From assembly GCF_964204645.1 (NCBI RefSeq), contig NC_134030.1, positions 11,739,947 through 11,803,946 on the forward strand: 64,000 nt of DNA, written 5' to 3'. The translations under genes were made by a program, and so were the position numbers. This stretch comes from Tubulanus polymorphus (lineage: Eukaryota > Animalia > Nemertea). The notes beneath the pieces are model-generated. The model saw only the letters and a list, made by a program, of their open reading frames with translations, had not been told where the DNA came from and searched no databases. Of the stretch, positions 11,650 to 24,870 are shown one piece after another (the first letter of the stretch is position 1; every line of letters begins with the position of its first letter).

Positions 11650-14640
11650 CAGAGTTCGTACACCTCCTGGAATTTGAGCAAAATCAATTCCAGGACCTTG
11701 AATTCCTGGAAATTCAGGGTTTTTAAGGGCTTTTCCTGGAAAACTCATGGAATTTCAGGATCTTGGTCATCTGAAAATTTTCTAGTTGTTTTCAATGGTC
11801 AGTCCATTTTAAAAAAAATGGTCTTGTGCGGGTATCATTTATGAAGTGTCTATACAATTTAAGTGTATAGAGCATTTGACTCGTGCCTTCTTAATTAGGC
11901 AATTAGTGGTCACCATTATTCCTTTATGTAGGATGTAAAGTTTGAAAGAATAAAGGTATGTGTAATTTAGATAATGACAGACTGTAGAACTATGTCTTCA
12001 AGTCTAGGGCTATTACTGTTGAATTGAACAAATTAAGTCGAACCAGCTTAAATAGATAAAATGATTGAACACATCATAACAGTCAAATTGTAATATTGTT
12101 TGCTGTGCCAGCGTGTGTTCACTGATGTTAGTCATTCGCTATGAAAATTCTAAGAATTTACAAAATCTGAACGACTCTTACGATGCCTGGGGGAAAGTGC
12201 ATGTTCCAGTGTGAATGGATTTCTGCCGATGAATTCAAGGACTGGCTTTGCAAGGATATTAAATGTCGATACCGTGCATTTTGTTCGATATGTGATAATA
12301 CAATCGATATTGGAAATATGGGCAAAGCGGCACTGAAGAGCCATATGAAAGGGAAGAAACATTTGTCTGCTGTGAAAAAATTCCAGCACAACACAATTGC
12401 AATAACAGTTTTTCTCTGGACGTAACGAAAAACAATCTACCAGTTATGAATCTACAACTGCAACTACTGGTAGACCAACTTCAACTGTTTTACCGACTAT
12501 CGAAAGCGCCGTCATGAAAACAGATGTATTGAAATCGGAAATTCTGTGGACTATGAAAGCGATGTCATCGCATTACTCGTATCATTCATGTGAGAATCTG
12601 AAGCCAGTTTTACGTGCTATGTTCCCCGATAGCAAAATAGCTGCTGGGTTTAGCTGTGGTGAAAAAAGGCAATGTACTTAACTGTTTATGGCTTGGCTCC
12701 TTACTTCAAGTCACTGTTATTAAAAAATGTTGCTAGCCAAGACAACTTTGTATTATTGTTCGATGAAAGTTTAAATCGCGAGAATCAAAAAAGGAACGTG
12801 ACATGTTCGTGCGATACTGGGACCATGACAAAATTGTTTCCCGATATTATGGTTCCGAGTTCATGGGTCATACTGATTCATCTCTGCTCGTGGATCACTT
12901 CTCTGACTGTGTAAAAGATCTGTGCTTCAGTTGACTGTTACAGATTTCTATGGATGGCCCCAATGTAAATTGGGCATTTCATAGAAAATTTCAAGATAAA
13001 CTGTTTACTGACTGTGGAAATAAACTCATCGATATCGGCAGCTGCGAGCTACACATCGTCCACGGAGCATTTAAAACTGGTTTTGAAAAAACGTCTCTGT
13101 TTGCTGGAGTTGGAAATTTACTAACGAGCCTGTATTACTTGTTTAAAGACTCGCCAGCCCGTAAGGAAGATTACCTTGATGTCACTGGATCCTCATCATT
13201 TCCGATGAAATTTTGTAATCATCGCTGGCTAGAGAATCTTCCTGTTGCGCATCGTGCCTTGCGTGAGTGGGAAAATGTTAAAAAGTACGTCAAAGCAGCC
13301 ACCGAGAAAAAAGTTGATACTCCAACATCCAAGAGTTTTGCTGTAGTCAAGGAACACACCCAGAATGTGAGAACTGTAGCGATGCTTCAGTTTTATGTCT
13401 CGGTGGCTAACGTTGTTCAACCATTCTTGCAAAAATATCAGTCGGATGCGCCAATCATACCATTCCTGAGCGATGACCTATTCCACCTAAGGCTAAACAA
13501 AAATGATACCTTGATTCTCCGCAGCGGCCGGATCATTTTTGTACAATATGATAAAATTTATAAACAGTTCATTTCTTTAGCGGCCGGGTCTGTTATGGTA
13601 AAATTGATCACGACTTTTAAAAAAAGTAATGTATAGGGTAGATAGGCAGCCGGCCGGGTCAACATTTAAGCTCAGCAGAGCGGAGAAACAAGGTATCAAT
13701 TTTTTTAGCCTAACAAGGTCATTAATGCTGTCTTATAATAAATATAATGCTGTCTTATATCAAGTCGGATGCTATATCCAAGTCAACCACTCCGTACTAA
13801 CTGATGCAAGCCGATATCAACAAAAAGGAAAACTTATGTATAATCAAGAAGGTAAGCAATAAATTATTTGAACATTGACATGTTTTACATATTTACTACA
13901 AATTTATGTTATACAGATTTATTTCTTATGTTTCCTATTGTCAACTGTTACAATACACTATCAAACATAGAAATGATAGTTATGATAACTAAATGGCAAC
14001 AGTTTAATTGACAAAATTATATATCACTATTCATTTTTCAGGTAAATGTTGGTGCTGCATGCGAAGATTCATTGAAAAAGCTAGTCAAAGAAAAGAATGC
14101 GTCAGAACTTGCTGTCTTCGAGTTTAGAGAAAGTGCCAGAAATGTTTATAGAGTAATCACATCCAAGCTGATCGATAAACTGCCTCTCAAATATAGCCTT
14201 GTGAGGAATGCTGTCTGTTTAGACCCAAGAAAGATGGCAACTGACCGTGATAAAGTCATCAAGAACATGGATTCATTAGTTAAGGTATGTGTGTTAAATG
14301 GTTTTCAAAGATACTTTGTCAGAAGGTTTTATTATTGAAATTATTTTATTTTTTCAATTTTTTACAGTTCTGGTTGATAATAACAAATTGACGCATGATG
14401 AATCCCATGTAGTCAAAAGACAGTACGCTCAATTTCTAGATATGGTCGTTTCACATTTGAGATCAGAATTTGCTGGTTTTGAGCCATTTGGACCAGACAA
14501 CAAAGAGGCAAATCGAATTGACACATTCCTCTACCAGCATCTTGCTGCCCGTCCAGAATACAAAGACCTGTAGAATGATTCTCATGTTATCACATGGACA
14601 AGCAACTGTGGAGCGTGGATTCTCAGTTAATAAGCAGGTA
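11650..14640 (+). mobile_element. hAT-family transposon with an intron-containing, decayed transposase (3' end not found)
   Basis: Left end CAGAGTTCGTACAC with CCTGGAA subterminal repeats. From 12183: BED finger (AFCSIC..HMKGKKH), FDES, MDGPNVN, GSCELHIVH, RWLEN, SHGQATVERGFS. GT-AG introns at about 13852-14041, 14285-14367 and from 14637. Confidence 0.85.
13491..13710 (+). mobile_element. PIF/Harbinger-type MITE
   Basis: TIR GGCTAAA.AAAAAT.GATACCTTG and TAA TSD. Removal restores FHL-TRSLML in the transposase. Second copy at 62024-62364. Confidence 0.85.
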
Positions 14641-14714
14641 GGATCAATGATGTTTAAATCTATGATATTGATACACCGGTCACAATCCTCTCTTTAATCG
14701 TTATCTATAAAATA

Positions 14715-15110
14715 CTTGAGTAAGGCCCTGGCGAGAGGACGTGTCCGTGCACAAATCCGAATGAATAAATATAAATACCGGATGATAATATTGAAGATAA
14801 TATATTTTATTTACCTTGAACAAAGAATGATTTTCCTAATCCCTATTGGTCGCAATTGTTAACCGATTGTTTTCAAACTTGGTACACAAGTAGTGTATCA
14901 TTTGCGGTAGAAGCCTAATTAAAATTGGGTCGATTCGATTTAAATTCTAGCCACCAGGGGGCAAACATGAAAAACGACGTTAACAGCCTAAAGGCCGCAA
15001 TTGTTGACCGATCTTTGGTACACAAGTTGGTACACAAGTAGGATATCATTTGAGGTAGAAGCCTAATTAAAATTGGGTCGATTCGATTTAAATTTTAGCC
15101 ACAAGTCTAA
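14715..15110 (+). repeat. HINE-like fragment with a ~140-bp tandem duplication
   Basis: GGTACACAAGTAG..TAGAAGCCTAATTAAAATTGGGTCGATTCGATTTAAAT repeated at about 14880 and 15030. Confidence 0.5.
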
Positions 15111-15495
15111 AAAAAAGTATTAATATGTTGGGGTACCCCCAGTGATCTTCCACAGTTTTTCACCCCGGGTGAATATCGAATATATCGATATTATATATCG
15201 AAAATATATCGAAAAAATACACGGGTTTTATGCAAAACAACACTAAAATCATTTCAAAATGGAAAAAGGATAAAACCGCTAACATTGACCATTCTAAGAC
15301 TAAGTTCTGGACAATGGGATATGTGCAGAAAGTTATCAGAGAAAATAGTACAAAAATTCAGGACCTGAGTGGAATTGTGACTCAATTGGGACTTAAGGTT
15401 GAAAAAATTTCGGATACAACCTCCAATAACAAAAATAGGATAATCACGTTGGAGAAGAAACTATTAGGCGACAATTCTTACACGGGACAAATGAT

Positions 15496-15509
15496 GCAGC
15501 AGCAGCAAT

Positions 15510-15543
<34 letters not shown>

Positions 15544-15545
15544 CT
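15496..15545 (+). repeat. (CAG)/(CAA)n microsatellite (poly-Gln-like) at the end of the coiled-coil ORF 15230-15511
   Basis: CAGCAGCAGCAATAA followed by about 11 CAA units. Confidence 0.85.
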
Positions 15546-18500
15546 ACACGGACGAACCCAGTACATCATGATTTGTCACAAAAATGATTTGTCACCAACG
15601 TTACAACTTGGTGCCGCTATCCTTAATATGGATTCCGGACAACTGGTTAGTCAAGAGTCCGCTGGCACACGCGACATACTGCCCATAAGCCGTTATGTCG
15701 ACTTTAGTAGATTACACAACAGGTGAATTCCTTGGGTCCACATACGACTTTTCGACAGTGGAATCGCAAACGCAACAACAGGTCCAGAATATAGAAACAA
15801 CGATTACGACAGATTGATTAGGAGAAACATTGTTGAGTTTTCTTCAATCGTTCGAGACAGACTCACCCAAAGTATAGACAGCGGCACCGATCTCCATTAT
15901 AATAAGCAAAGAAGATAATCAACTAATATTGGCAGCGGAAACTGCACATATAAGTAAGTTGACTTCATAATTTTCTACTAACTGAGTATTTTATTTCACT
16001 AAATTTGACTCATAATGATATTTATCAACTTGACATTTGTTATTGATGTTGAATTATATTTCAGAGTTGGAAAATCATTTTAACACATTGTATTTATTAT
16101 TTGTATGTTTGTATATTTACAGCTACCGACCAGCAACTTTTTAAAAAGATGGCGAACTTCGACCCGGGTGATGAAACGACGCGATTAGTTTTCCGACTAG
16201 ATGGTACCGCTACTATTATCAACATTAGCGATGTCCAACCGATCATCAACCCGGGCCAATAATTCACTGACATGACCATCGACATCCTTATCCGGCAGTT
16301 GATTTACAAACAAGAGCCCCAAGGGGCACAATGGCCAGCCTGTCAGATTTGCTTTTTATAAATGATGTAATCTGTGGGTTATATTTATCAATATACACTC
16401 CCTGCTCAATATCATTTACATAGTAAAATCGTGTGTTAACACAGACAGCAGGAACGAATGTAATATAGAAATACTAAGTTATTGTATTGTTCAACGCCCC
16501 CTGGTGGCCATAAAACCCTTATGAAAATGGTACACGTGTATTTAGCTAAATACACGTGTAATATGAAATTACACGTGTACTTTTGACGTGTATTTTGAAG
16601 TACATGTGTAAAACACGTGTATTTCTAAAATACACGTGTAGTTTGGACATGTATTTTGAATTACACGTGTACTGAAGATGTGTATTTTGAAATACACGTG
16701 TAACTTAGGACGTGTATTTTAAAAACACGTGTAAATTCATGTGTGGCTTCTGAAATACATGTGCAATCTGGATGCATGTACCTTGGCTAAAAAATTATAC
16801 ATGTACCTTGTTTCTCATAATTGGTCACTTTTGTAAACTGCAATAAAATTTGTAATTACATCATTTAGCTTCACATGATTTCATAAAAAGTAAGATTTTG
16901 CATGTAATGTTCGGAGAATTGAAGGAATCTCCTGTCTTTTTAATTGTTTGATCCTCATTTAGTAGTTTTTTCCAGGATGCCATGTCAAAAAATCATGTTG
17001 TTTGTCCTGTATTGACTAGATTGGATCCTGTATGAATGAAGCACGTGTCTTTGTTGCCCTCTGAATAAATCCAAAAACTGTTTCACAAAAATCATGATCT
17101 GAACAAAAAATTTTGGATATTTCATTTATTATCAAGATAACTAGAGGCTTAGGGGACTGCCCAAGCCCCGAATTACAATGTTATTTATGAAAAATGTTGA
17201 ATATATTGCTGTCACCAGCTCCAAGTGTTCTGCTTTCCTTGTAGGCCCATACACAAAAAATGTCCTTTTTCCGCTAATGTTGCCTTAACATACTGTATAT
17301 CACATAATGAACATTTGTATCATACCTGCAGTTTTTTGAATAATGTCTTATATACAGCGCAGTAATATTTGTTCACCTCCGCACATAGAGAAAATCTTTT
17401 CAAAATAGGCATTTAGAACTGCGTAGAACCGCTTCTCAGTAACAGTAAATTCAACCGATCCAACAATCCAGTCAAAACAGTTGATGTGGATCCAGCTTTG
17501 AGGGAGAACATCATAATAGTAGTAACAGCCCCACGAAGGGTCACCTCAGCATTTGTGTGGAGAGGATCATCTATTTCCATCAATGAGCTGTGGCTGCAAA
17601 ACAGATTAAACATTTTGGTGATTGGTCAAGTTCATATCCGATGAGTAGATTGGCAATTATGATTGCATTCACTTTAGTCATAAGGCACTGTATTACTAAC
17701 TTACGTCGTCACAACCATTGTCTGCATTATTGGTTGATTGTGGCCATTTTCAATTCTTAAATCTTCCAGATTCTCAAAATCGACTTCTTGAAAAATCAAA
17801 ATGTCCATCATTTAGCAACATATTACAAACTACAAAACAAGAAGTAATTTGAGAATAAATTATTCCCAAGCATATAGAACTTAAGGCTACAGTAGGCCTA
17901 TACGTAGGTTGGTTTCCAGCTAGCGATTTCGTAGCCTATTGTTGCGATGAACATGCATAACGTACCAGATCGGACCTGGATTTTTTGTCTGTAAGGGCTT
18001 ATATACGAAATACCTAGCATTGTCTATCATACATTATCCATTATATATGTAAACACCATATTTTGTATGTTATACACATAAAAAGTAGGTGGTACAATGC
18101 GATCGTCCAATATACAGACACTGAGACAGACAGAGGCCATCCCCTCAATTAGCACTGAGCCCGCTTGTGAAAACTAACAACATTAACATTAAACTAAACA
18201 ATTGGCCTATGCAATAGCATAATTCTCCATGTCTCTTGTTTGTCCTGTCAACTTTATTGAACTGTCAAACCAATAATTTACTTGTTTAACATTATTATTG
18301 ATAAGGACCAATAAAGTCAATTTGATTTGCTTAGATTTAAAATGATCTTACCTCCAAATGTTTAACATGTAGGCCTACTCGCGTATTTTAACTGGCCTTC
18401 TACTTGCAATTTCTTTTTCAAACTCCATGCTTGCAAAAGACGAATTCGGTTGGTATACATCGATATTTACGGGTAATTTTTCCACTAAAAAGTGCATCTT

Positions 18501-19318
18501 TATGTTATTTGTCTTCCATTTTGGAACACTACTAAAATGAAAACCTCAATGACGAACTGACGAGCTCCGATTAAATGGTTTTCAATGAACAGAAAAACAA
18601 CCTAGACAAAATAATCTCATCTAAATGTTGAATTAAATACTTACAGGCCTTATTCATGCACCTTTTTGTCTATTTTTATAATACAGCGTATATTAAAATG
18701 ATCGTCATTTCTTCACTGAATCGTTATTTTCAACTTGCTTAATTGATTTTGCCTTAGCTTCATTGATTTTCAGGGCTTCTAGTGGTCCTATTTTCCTATT
18801 TTTTCCTATTTTTTAGTGCTTGTCCTATTTTGTCCTATTTTTATATCAAAAAGTCCTATTTGTCCTATTTTCTCTCATTTTCCAGCTCGTCGACGACTTT
18901 TTATCGACAAAAATGTTCTTTATATCTTTTCATATGATGTGAAACACCATTTTGAGTGTTTGGTAGAACCTGCAGCATTCATGTTCGGTAAGTTCTGGCT
19001 ATACAACTTCTTTTCTAATCTTTATATCCTAACATGCCCAATGATTTTGTTCCAAATGTCACATGTTGCAGTGCAACTGGGCTTTGGCTATATGAGGGTT
19101 ACAAACCAGAGGTGGTCGAGAAGTCAATCTCTTTTCATCCAAACATTTCTTGATTATAATGCTAATTCTTTTGGGTCCGCCTCAGGTATACATTGCCAAG
19201 TATCACCACAGGGATGCTCTGTTGTGATCTAGCTGTGTGCAGTGACAATACTGAAAGCAATTATGGATTGCTTTGATTGTTGCCACTGCTTTAAATATTG
19301 TAACCTTAGACAGGAACA

Positions 19319-21732
19319 ATGCCGAACCGGACCAAGTTCTCGGATTCATGGTTGATTGGATAAACAAGGACACAAAATAAATGAATGGTGCCAACCAGTG
19401 AAAGGCGATATTTATAAGGCATATTGCTTTATATGTGAAAAAAAAACTATCTATTGATAACCAGGGTTTAGGCCAACTAATACAACATGCCTCAAAAATG
19501 ATGCATCAAAATAATAGCAAGATAAAACTGAACAAAAATCAGAAAAAACTTTTCCCGGTTGATAACACTTTAGAATGTGAAAGCTTAAGTGATAAGGTAC
19601 TCAAGGCAGAAATAATATGGGCCATGTATGTGGCTGTAAATGACTACAGCTTCTTGTCATGCAACGATGTGTGTGAAACTTTCAGATGCATCTTCAAAGA
19701 TCCAGCTGTTATAAATGAAATGACGTTGTCAAATGGGAAAGTGTCTTATACGATAAGCGATGGAATAAGAATACAGTTGACAAATGAGTTGATGAATGAT
19801 ATTCAGGATTGTACTACTGGATATTGTGTTTCATACGATGAAACACCAAACAAGCAGAAACTGAACCAGTTGGATATATATGTGGGGTATTTTTCACCTA
19901 TATCCAAGAAAATTGAAACTCGATTCATTAAGACGATAATGATGGGTCACAAAACAGCTGAAATGGTACTCGGGGAGCTTCTCGGTGCCATGAATGACTT
20001 CAACATTGACTTATCGAAAATCATAGCTTTGTGTAGTGATGGCCCAAATGTAAATATATCAACTTGGCGTAAGATGTCAGCAAAAGTAATAGAAAAGGGC
20101 GGAAAGATGATAGATGTTGGATCATGCAGCCTCCATATGGTTCATAATGCGTTTAGAAAAGGCTTAGCATCTTTTGGCGCTGACATAGAAGAGTTTGCAG
20201 GAGATATACACACATTCTTCAAGTATGCCACAAGGCGACAAGATTATGCAGTGTTCCAGCGAAAGGTTGGTGTAAAGGAAAATACATTCCTCAAACATGT
20301 TGATTCGCGTTGGTTGACACTAATTCCAGCACTCTGTAGAATCAGCGAACAGTTTCCAGCTTTGAAGGCATATTTTGGTGATCTCAAAAAGAATACTAAG
20401 AATGATGATTCTCAATCTGCATGTTGTAAACGAATACAGAAGGTACTACTCGACGTAACTGTTCCTGTGAAGATACAATTTATCCTAGATATCGATAATA
20501 TGTTTCAACGGTATGAAACTCTTTTCCAAAAGCGTGAACCGATGATTCACATTTTGTATACAGAAATGTGCGAGTTAATGCATAAAATATTGTTACGCTT
20601 TATTAAGCCTGATTCTCTCCCAGAAAAGACTGGAGCAAAGTTGCTGGCTGCTGATATTGAAAAATGTGAGCAGCTCTCTGATGCTTGTTTAGTGGTTTGT
20701 AAGCTCACCACGGATAAACTTGCTGTTCTAGATTCTTCGAAACAAAAACTGATAATAAAAGGCATTCGGGCATTCTATGTTAAAATAGCATCATATCTCC
20801 AACAGAAACTTCCCCTTGGAAATAATTTCCTACGAAACGTGAGGTGTTTACAACCGGAACGTCGGTCTGTTCATCGATTTGGGTTGTCAATTAAGGCTCT
20901 GGCGGTTGATCTGCCGACTATCATACCTGCATCACAAGTCTCCACAGTTGTAGACGAATGGAAGATATATAGCAATGACTTGCTTGAAGATGATTGGTAT
21001 AAAGACTCAGATGGAATAAGGTTACGAATTGATAAAGCATGGGAGAAAATATTTGTTCGCCAGACTGCTTCTGGTGATAGCAAATATACTGTCCTGCCCA
21101 AATTGGTAATGGCATGCCTTACTATATCTCATGGTAGTGCTGAGGTTGAAAGAGGGTTCTCTGCCAATTCACGCACCATTACTGGTTCAAGGGCAAGTCT
21201 TGGAGTTGAAGCAATTACAGGTTTGAGAATGATCAAGGACAAATTAAAGACCACTGGACAGAAGCCATGTGAAATGACATTATCACCTGAGCTACTATCA
21301 TGCTGTAGACGGTCTTATAAAAACTATACAGAGAGACTTAAGAAAGAGAAAGAGATGGCTGAAAAGGCAAATAAGAAAGCTCTAGAAGATAGAAAAAGAG
21401 CCGAGGAGGCAAAGCAGGTAGAGACAGAATATGAAAATACAAGAAAAATCCTTGAAACTAGAAAATTAGAGTTGTTGGAAGTTGATCATTCATCCATGGA
21501 ATCAATGACGACAAATAAACAACTACTCATGGAAGGCAATGAAAAATTGGCCAAAGCTATCAAGGAAAAGGACCTTACACAAATCAAAGTTGCACAGTGC
21601 ATGATTGAGGTGGCACACAATAAACTTGAGAAGGAAATGAAAGACAATCGACAGAGAATAGGTGAAATTGAGAAAAGGAAGAGAAAATTAAATGATGACC
21701 ATGCTGAAACCATGAAAAAGCTAAAATGTTAA
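19319..21732 (+). CDS. hAT transposase (765-aa open frame 19435-21732; BED-finger N-terminus displaced by two frameshifts)
   Basis: YDET, SDGPNVN, GSCSLHMVH, SRWLTL, SHGSAEVERGFS and a C-terminal coiled coil. Upstream MPNRTKFSDSWL and EWCQPVKGDIYKAYCFICEKK lie in other frames. Confidence 0.9.
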
Positions 21733-22007
21733 GATATGAACGGTGTGTAGACACATTCATCGTTGTACTGTATAAGCCCTTGGTCATTGTTCTTTTATTA
21801 AAGTGTAATTTTGTCTCATAGTTAAGTGAAATTAATCATTTTGTACTATTTACCAGTTTCATGGTGTTTTAAAACAGTTTTGAAAAAACATAATGCACCA
21901 TCAGTGTTTAGTTTGTTATGATATAGTTTGTAGTGTTGCGAGTTAATAATGTTTATATAATGTTTATAAGTTCATGAAAAGTTTAGCATTATGTTTGTAA
22001 GTTTATA

Positions 22008-22211
22008 CAGTGTAACCTCGATATAACGAACTCCATGGGACCTACGAGCAATCATATGATTGCTCGTAGATGGGACTGAAATCTATGTTCGCTATTTAAC
22101 CGATAGTTCGTTATATCAGGTGATAATTGTAATAAATCCACCAATCGGGACAAAATATATAGTTAACTGATAAATCGTTATATCAGGGTTCGTTATAACG
22201 AGGTTCCCCTG
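22008..22211. mobile_element. pogo/Tc1-type MITE
   Basis: TIR CAG.G.AACCTCG.TATAACGAA and TA TSD. Confidence 0.85.
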
Positions 22212-24119
22212 TAGTTAAGATTTTAAATAGTAATACTCTGATACCTTTTGTATCTACCGGGTACCTCACTGCAATTTATTATGAGTTGCTGCTGTCATTC
22301 AGTTTATTGTAAAATGTTTTTTCGAAAAAAAGAAATGAAAAAATGTAATAAATAAACTTTATTTTCTAGTTTCAGATTACTGAAGTTCATTCAAAGACAT
22401 CTGTGAATATGATGCTGCAGGTTGTATCCTCTCTTGATATATTAAAGTCCTATTTTCTGATGGTTATACTATATATTCTATGAAATTTTCCTATTTCTGG
22501 ACACTCTTCCTATTTTTTTTATGGACCAGATCACTGGAACCCCTGGATTTTGCCTTAGCTTCATAATAACTTAGTATAAGTAATTTTTTTACTAATTAAA
22601 TATCACTTATCACGATTATTCTTAAATTCTTAAAGAACTAAAATGCTGATGTAAAACTTATTAATAATTAAATAATCTATTTCAATTAAACTCCCAAGCA
22701 CCCCTGCGCGGTGGCAGCCATATTGCCATTGTTAAGCAACACGTTTTCACGCCGTTTTCACAGGCTTTCACGATCTATTCAGTATTATATTCTCATAATG
22801 ATTGCAAAACGCATTAATAGATGACAATGTATAATAGGGGATCATTGACAACTGGACCAAAAGTGACACTGCTTCTTTGTTTGAGGTGAAACACATAGTG
22901 GATCATTGAATGATTAGATTCATTAGAGTGGATTCGAATGGAAGTGGAACAGAAAAAGTCGAAGGCCATTTGATTTATTATCCCGCGTTTAAAGGACGCG
23001 TTGTGGATTGTTCAGGTATTATTATTGTTATGTACATGTAGTAAAGTAAACGTTTATTGTGTTGGGCTTCAGGCCACCACAAGGTCACTAAAAGAATATG
23101 CTTATTGGAATGAAAACTAACATGACTAAGTAAATATTGTAGGCCTAGAATCTTTATTTTTAGTATTGAATTGAATTTGAATTAGTTATAGTTATTAGTA
23201 GGCCTTAAATGATTGAATGTCCAGTGAAAAAATTGTGAGTGATCATTCCAATCGTGAGGGATAAAAATGGAGTTTCTTTGGTGTTTATTCATCCAATCTA
23301 AAAACAGCAGGATCATTTTGATTTTGTTGTGCGCCCATCATCGCCATTAAATTTGTATGCTGGACATGAAATTAGGTTGCTGTCGGAGTTTCGATTGTCG
23401 GCAAAAACGACGTTAGTGCAATCAATTCTTGACCATTTTTTTTCAAACTTTATAGGGTCTACACCAATAAGAATTGATCCAGACCGACACTATAAAATTG
23501 GAATTCCCATTTTTTGGCTTAAAAATGTCAGGGGATTGTTGGAAAATGATGTTAGCGCGAGAGAGCCTTCAATGCTCCACTGATTTCTCAACAATGACAG
23601 TGTGATGAAAATCAGGTATTTACATAATAGATTATATGAGCGTCGAAATGGTTTTAGTATAGATTACAGCGTGAGCATTGTAAATTCTTCTCATTTTAGG
23701 ATGCCTACTCACTATTGAATGATACAACAGCTGCTGCCATACGCTGATTATTCTGAAAACCTAATACTGTTGGGTGCATGCATGCTGTCGTCCACTCATT
23801 TAAAAGAAGAACTAATTGTCAAGGCATTGGACTGGATGCGAAGCAATGAAAGTCTTCCATGAGAAAAAAAGTTGGACCCAAACCGGGTCAGCTAAATAAT
23901 ACGTAAGTACATGAATTCAATATATAATGGCTAGCGTTCATTTGTTGTTGATTTACAGGGGCGGATCCAAGCTGGAAGAACGAGGGTTCAGCTCTTATGA
24001 AAAGGGCACTAGTCAATACAGGTCTCACGGTGTGAAACGGTAGTATGGGGTTTCGGGCTATTGCATTCACCCTTTGTTCGTCTGTTTTAATACTCTTGAT
24101 ATTTAAGTTATACATATAT

Positions 24120-24870
24120 CTATCCTAGCCATGTCTCCAGCCCAAAACTGGTCCGAATCAAGATGGCCAACTGCATTGGCCATTTTCGTTCCCCAAAATC
24201 ATCACTTATGCAATTTTTTGAAGTTTTCAAGGGAAATTTTGAAGATGCTTCAATCTTGACACAAGATGGCCATCATGTGACCTTTTTTGTACCCAAAAAG
24301 GTCATTTTTGCCTTGTAGCTGCCTAATGGTTTGCAATTTTTCTTTGAAATTTGTAATGGGTGTACATTCTTAACAATCTAAAACATACGAGACAGATTTT
24401 TCGATCAGTCAAGCGTGACACATTTGGCAGCCATCTTAGTGTCATCAGTTCTTATTCGTAGATAGAAAAAGGTTTTTGAAGGAAAATATCGACAGGTTTT
24501 GACTTATAGTCTTGATATTTGATAATTGTTACCACTGTTGTAGTATTTATCTCATGTGGAATTGGGGTTACCCAGGTTTTTGTTCTCACCACCAGGGGGA
24601 GTTGAATATTGAATTATATACAATTTGTCTAATTTATTTTTGTACCTATGAATACTTTATAACATCGATCAATTATGAAATTGTAGCTTGTGACATGTTC
24701 TATGATAGTGGCGAGTTTCAATGTCCTGTTTCTATTTTATTATGTTGATTGGTTAGCATTCGAAACCATATGGGCATGGTGTCCCTAGACCCCTTGTTTT
24801 TCATCAGGTGGCGTTGAACATTGAAATTTCCAGATTGTCAAGCATTTCACCATATGGCTTAAAATCAAGT
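24120..24870. repeat. Rearranged, diverged HINE fragments
   Basis: Matches parts of the 29499-30755 element in both orientations (e.g. GGGCATGGTGTCCCTAGACCCCTTGTT at about 24775). Confidence 0.6.

Larger units (their letters stand above)
18771..22545 (+). mobile_element. Full-length hAT-family DNA transposon with a 6-bp TSD
   Basis: Imperfect TIR CAGGG(C/G)TTC(T/C)AGTG, subterminal TCCTATTT repeats at both ends, and GATTTT duplicated on both flanks. Confidence 0.9.

Noticed and set aside
18816-19232. 138-aa ORF inside the hAT 5' region
   Set aside because: It begins in subterminal TCCTATTT repeats. The opposite strand only faintly resembles a decayed CR1/L2 3' end, too weak to call.
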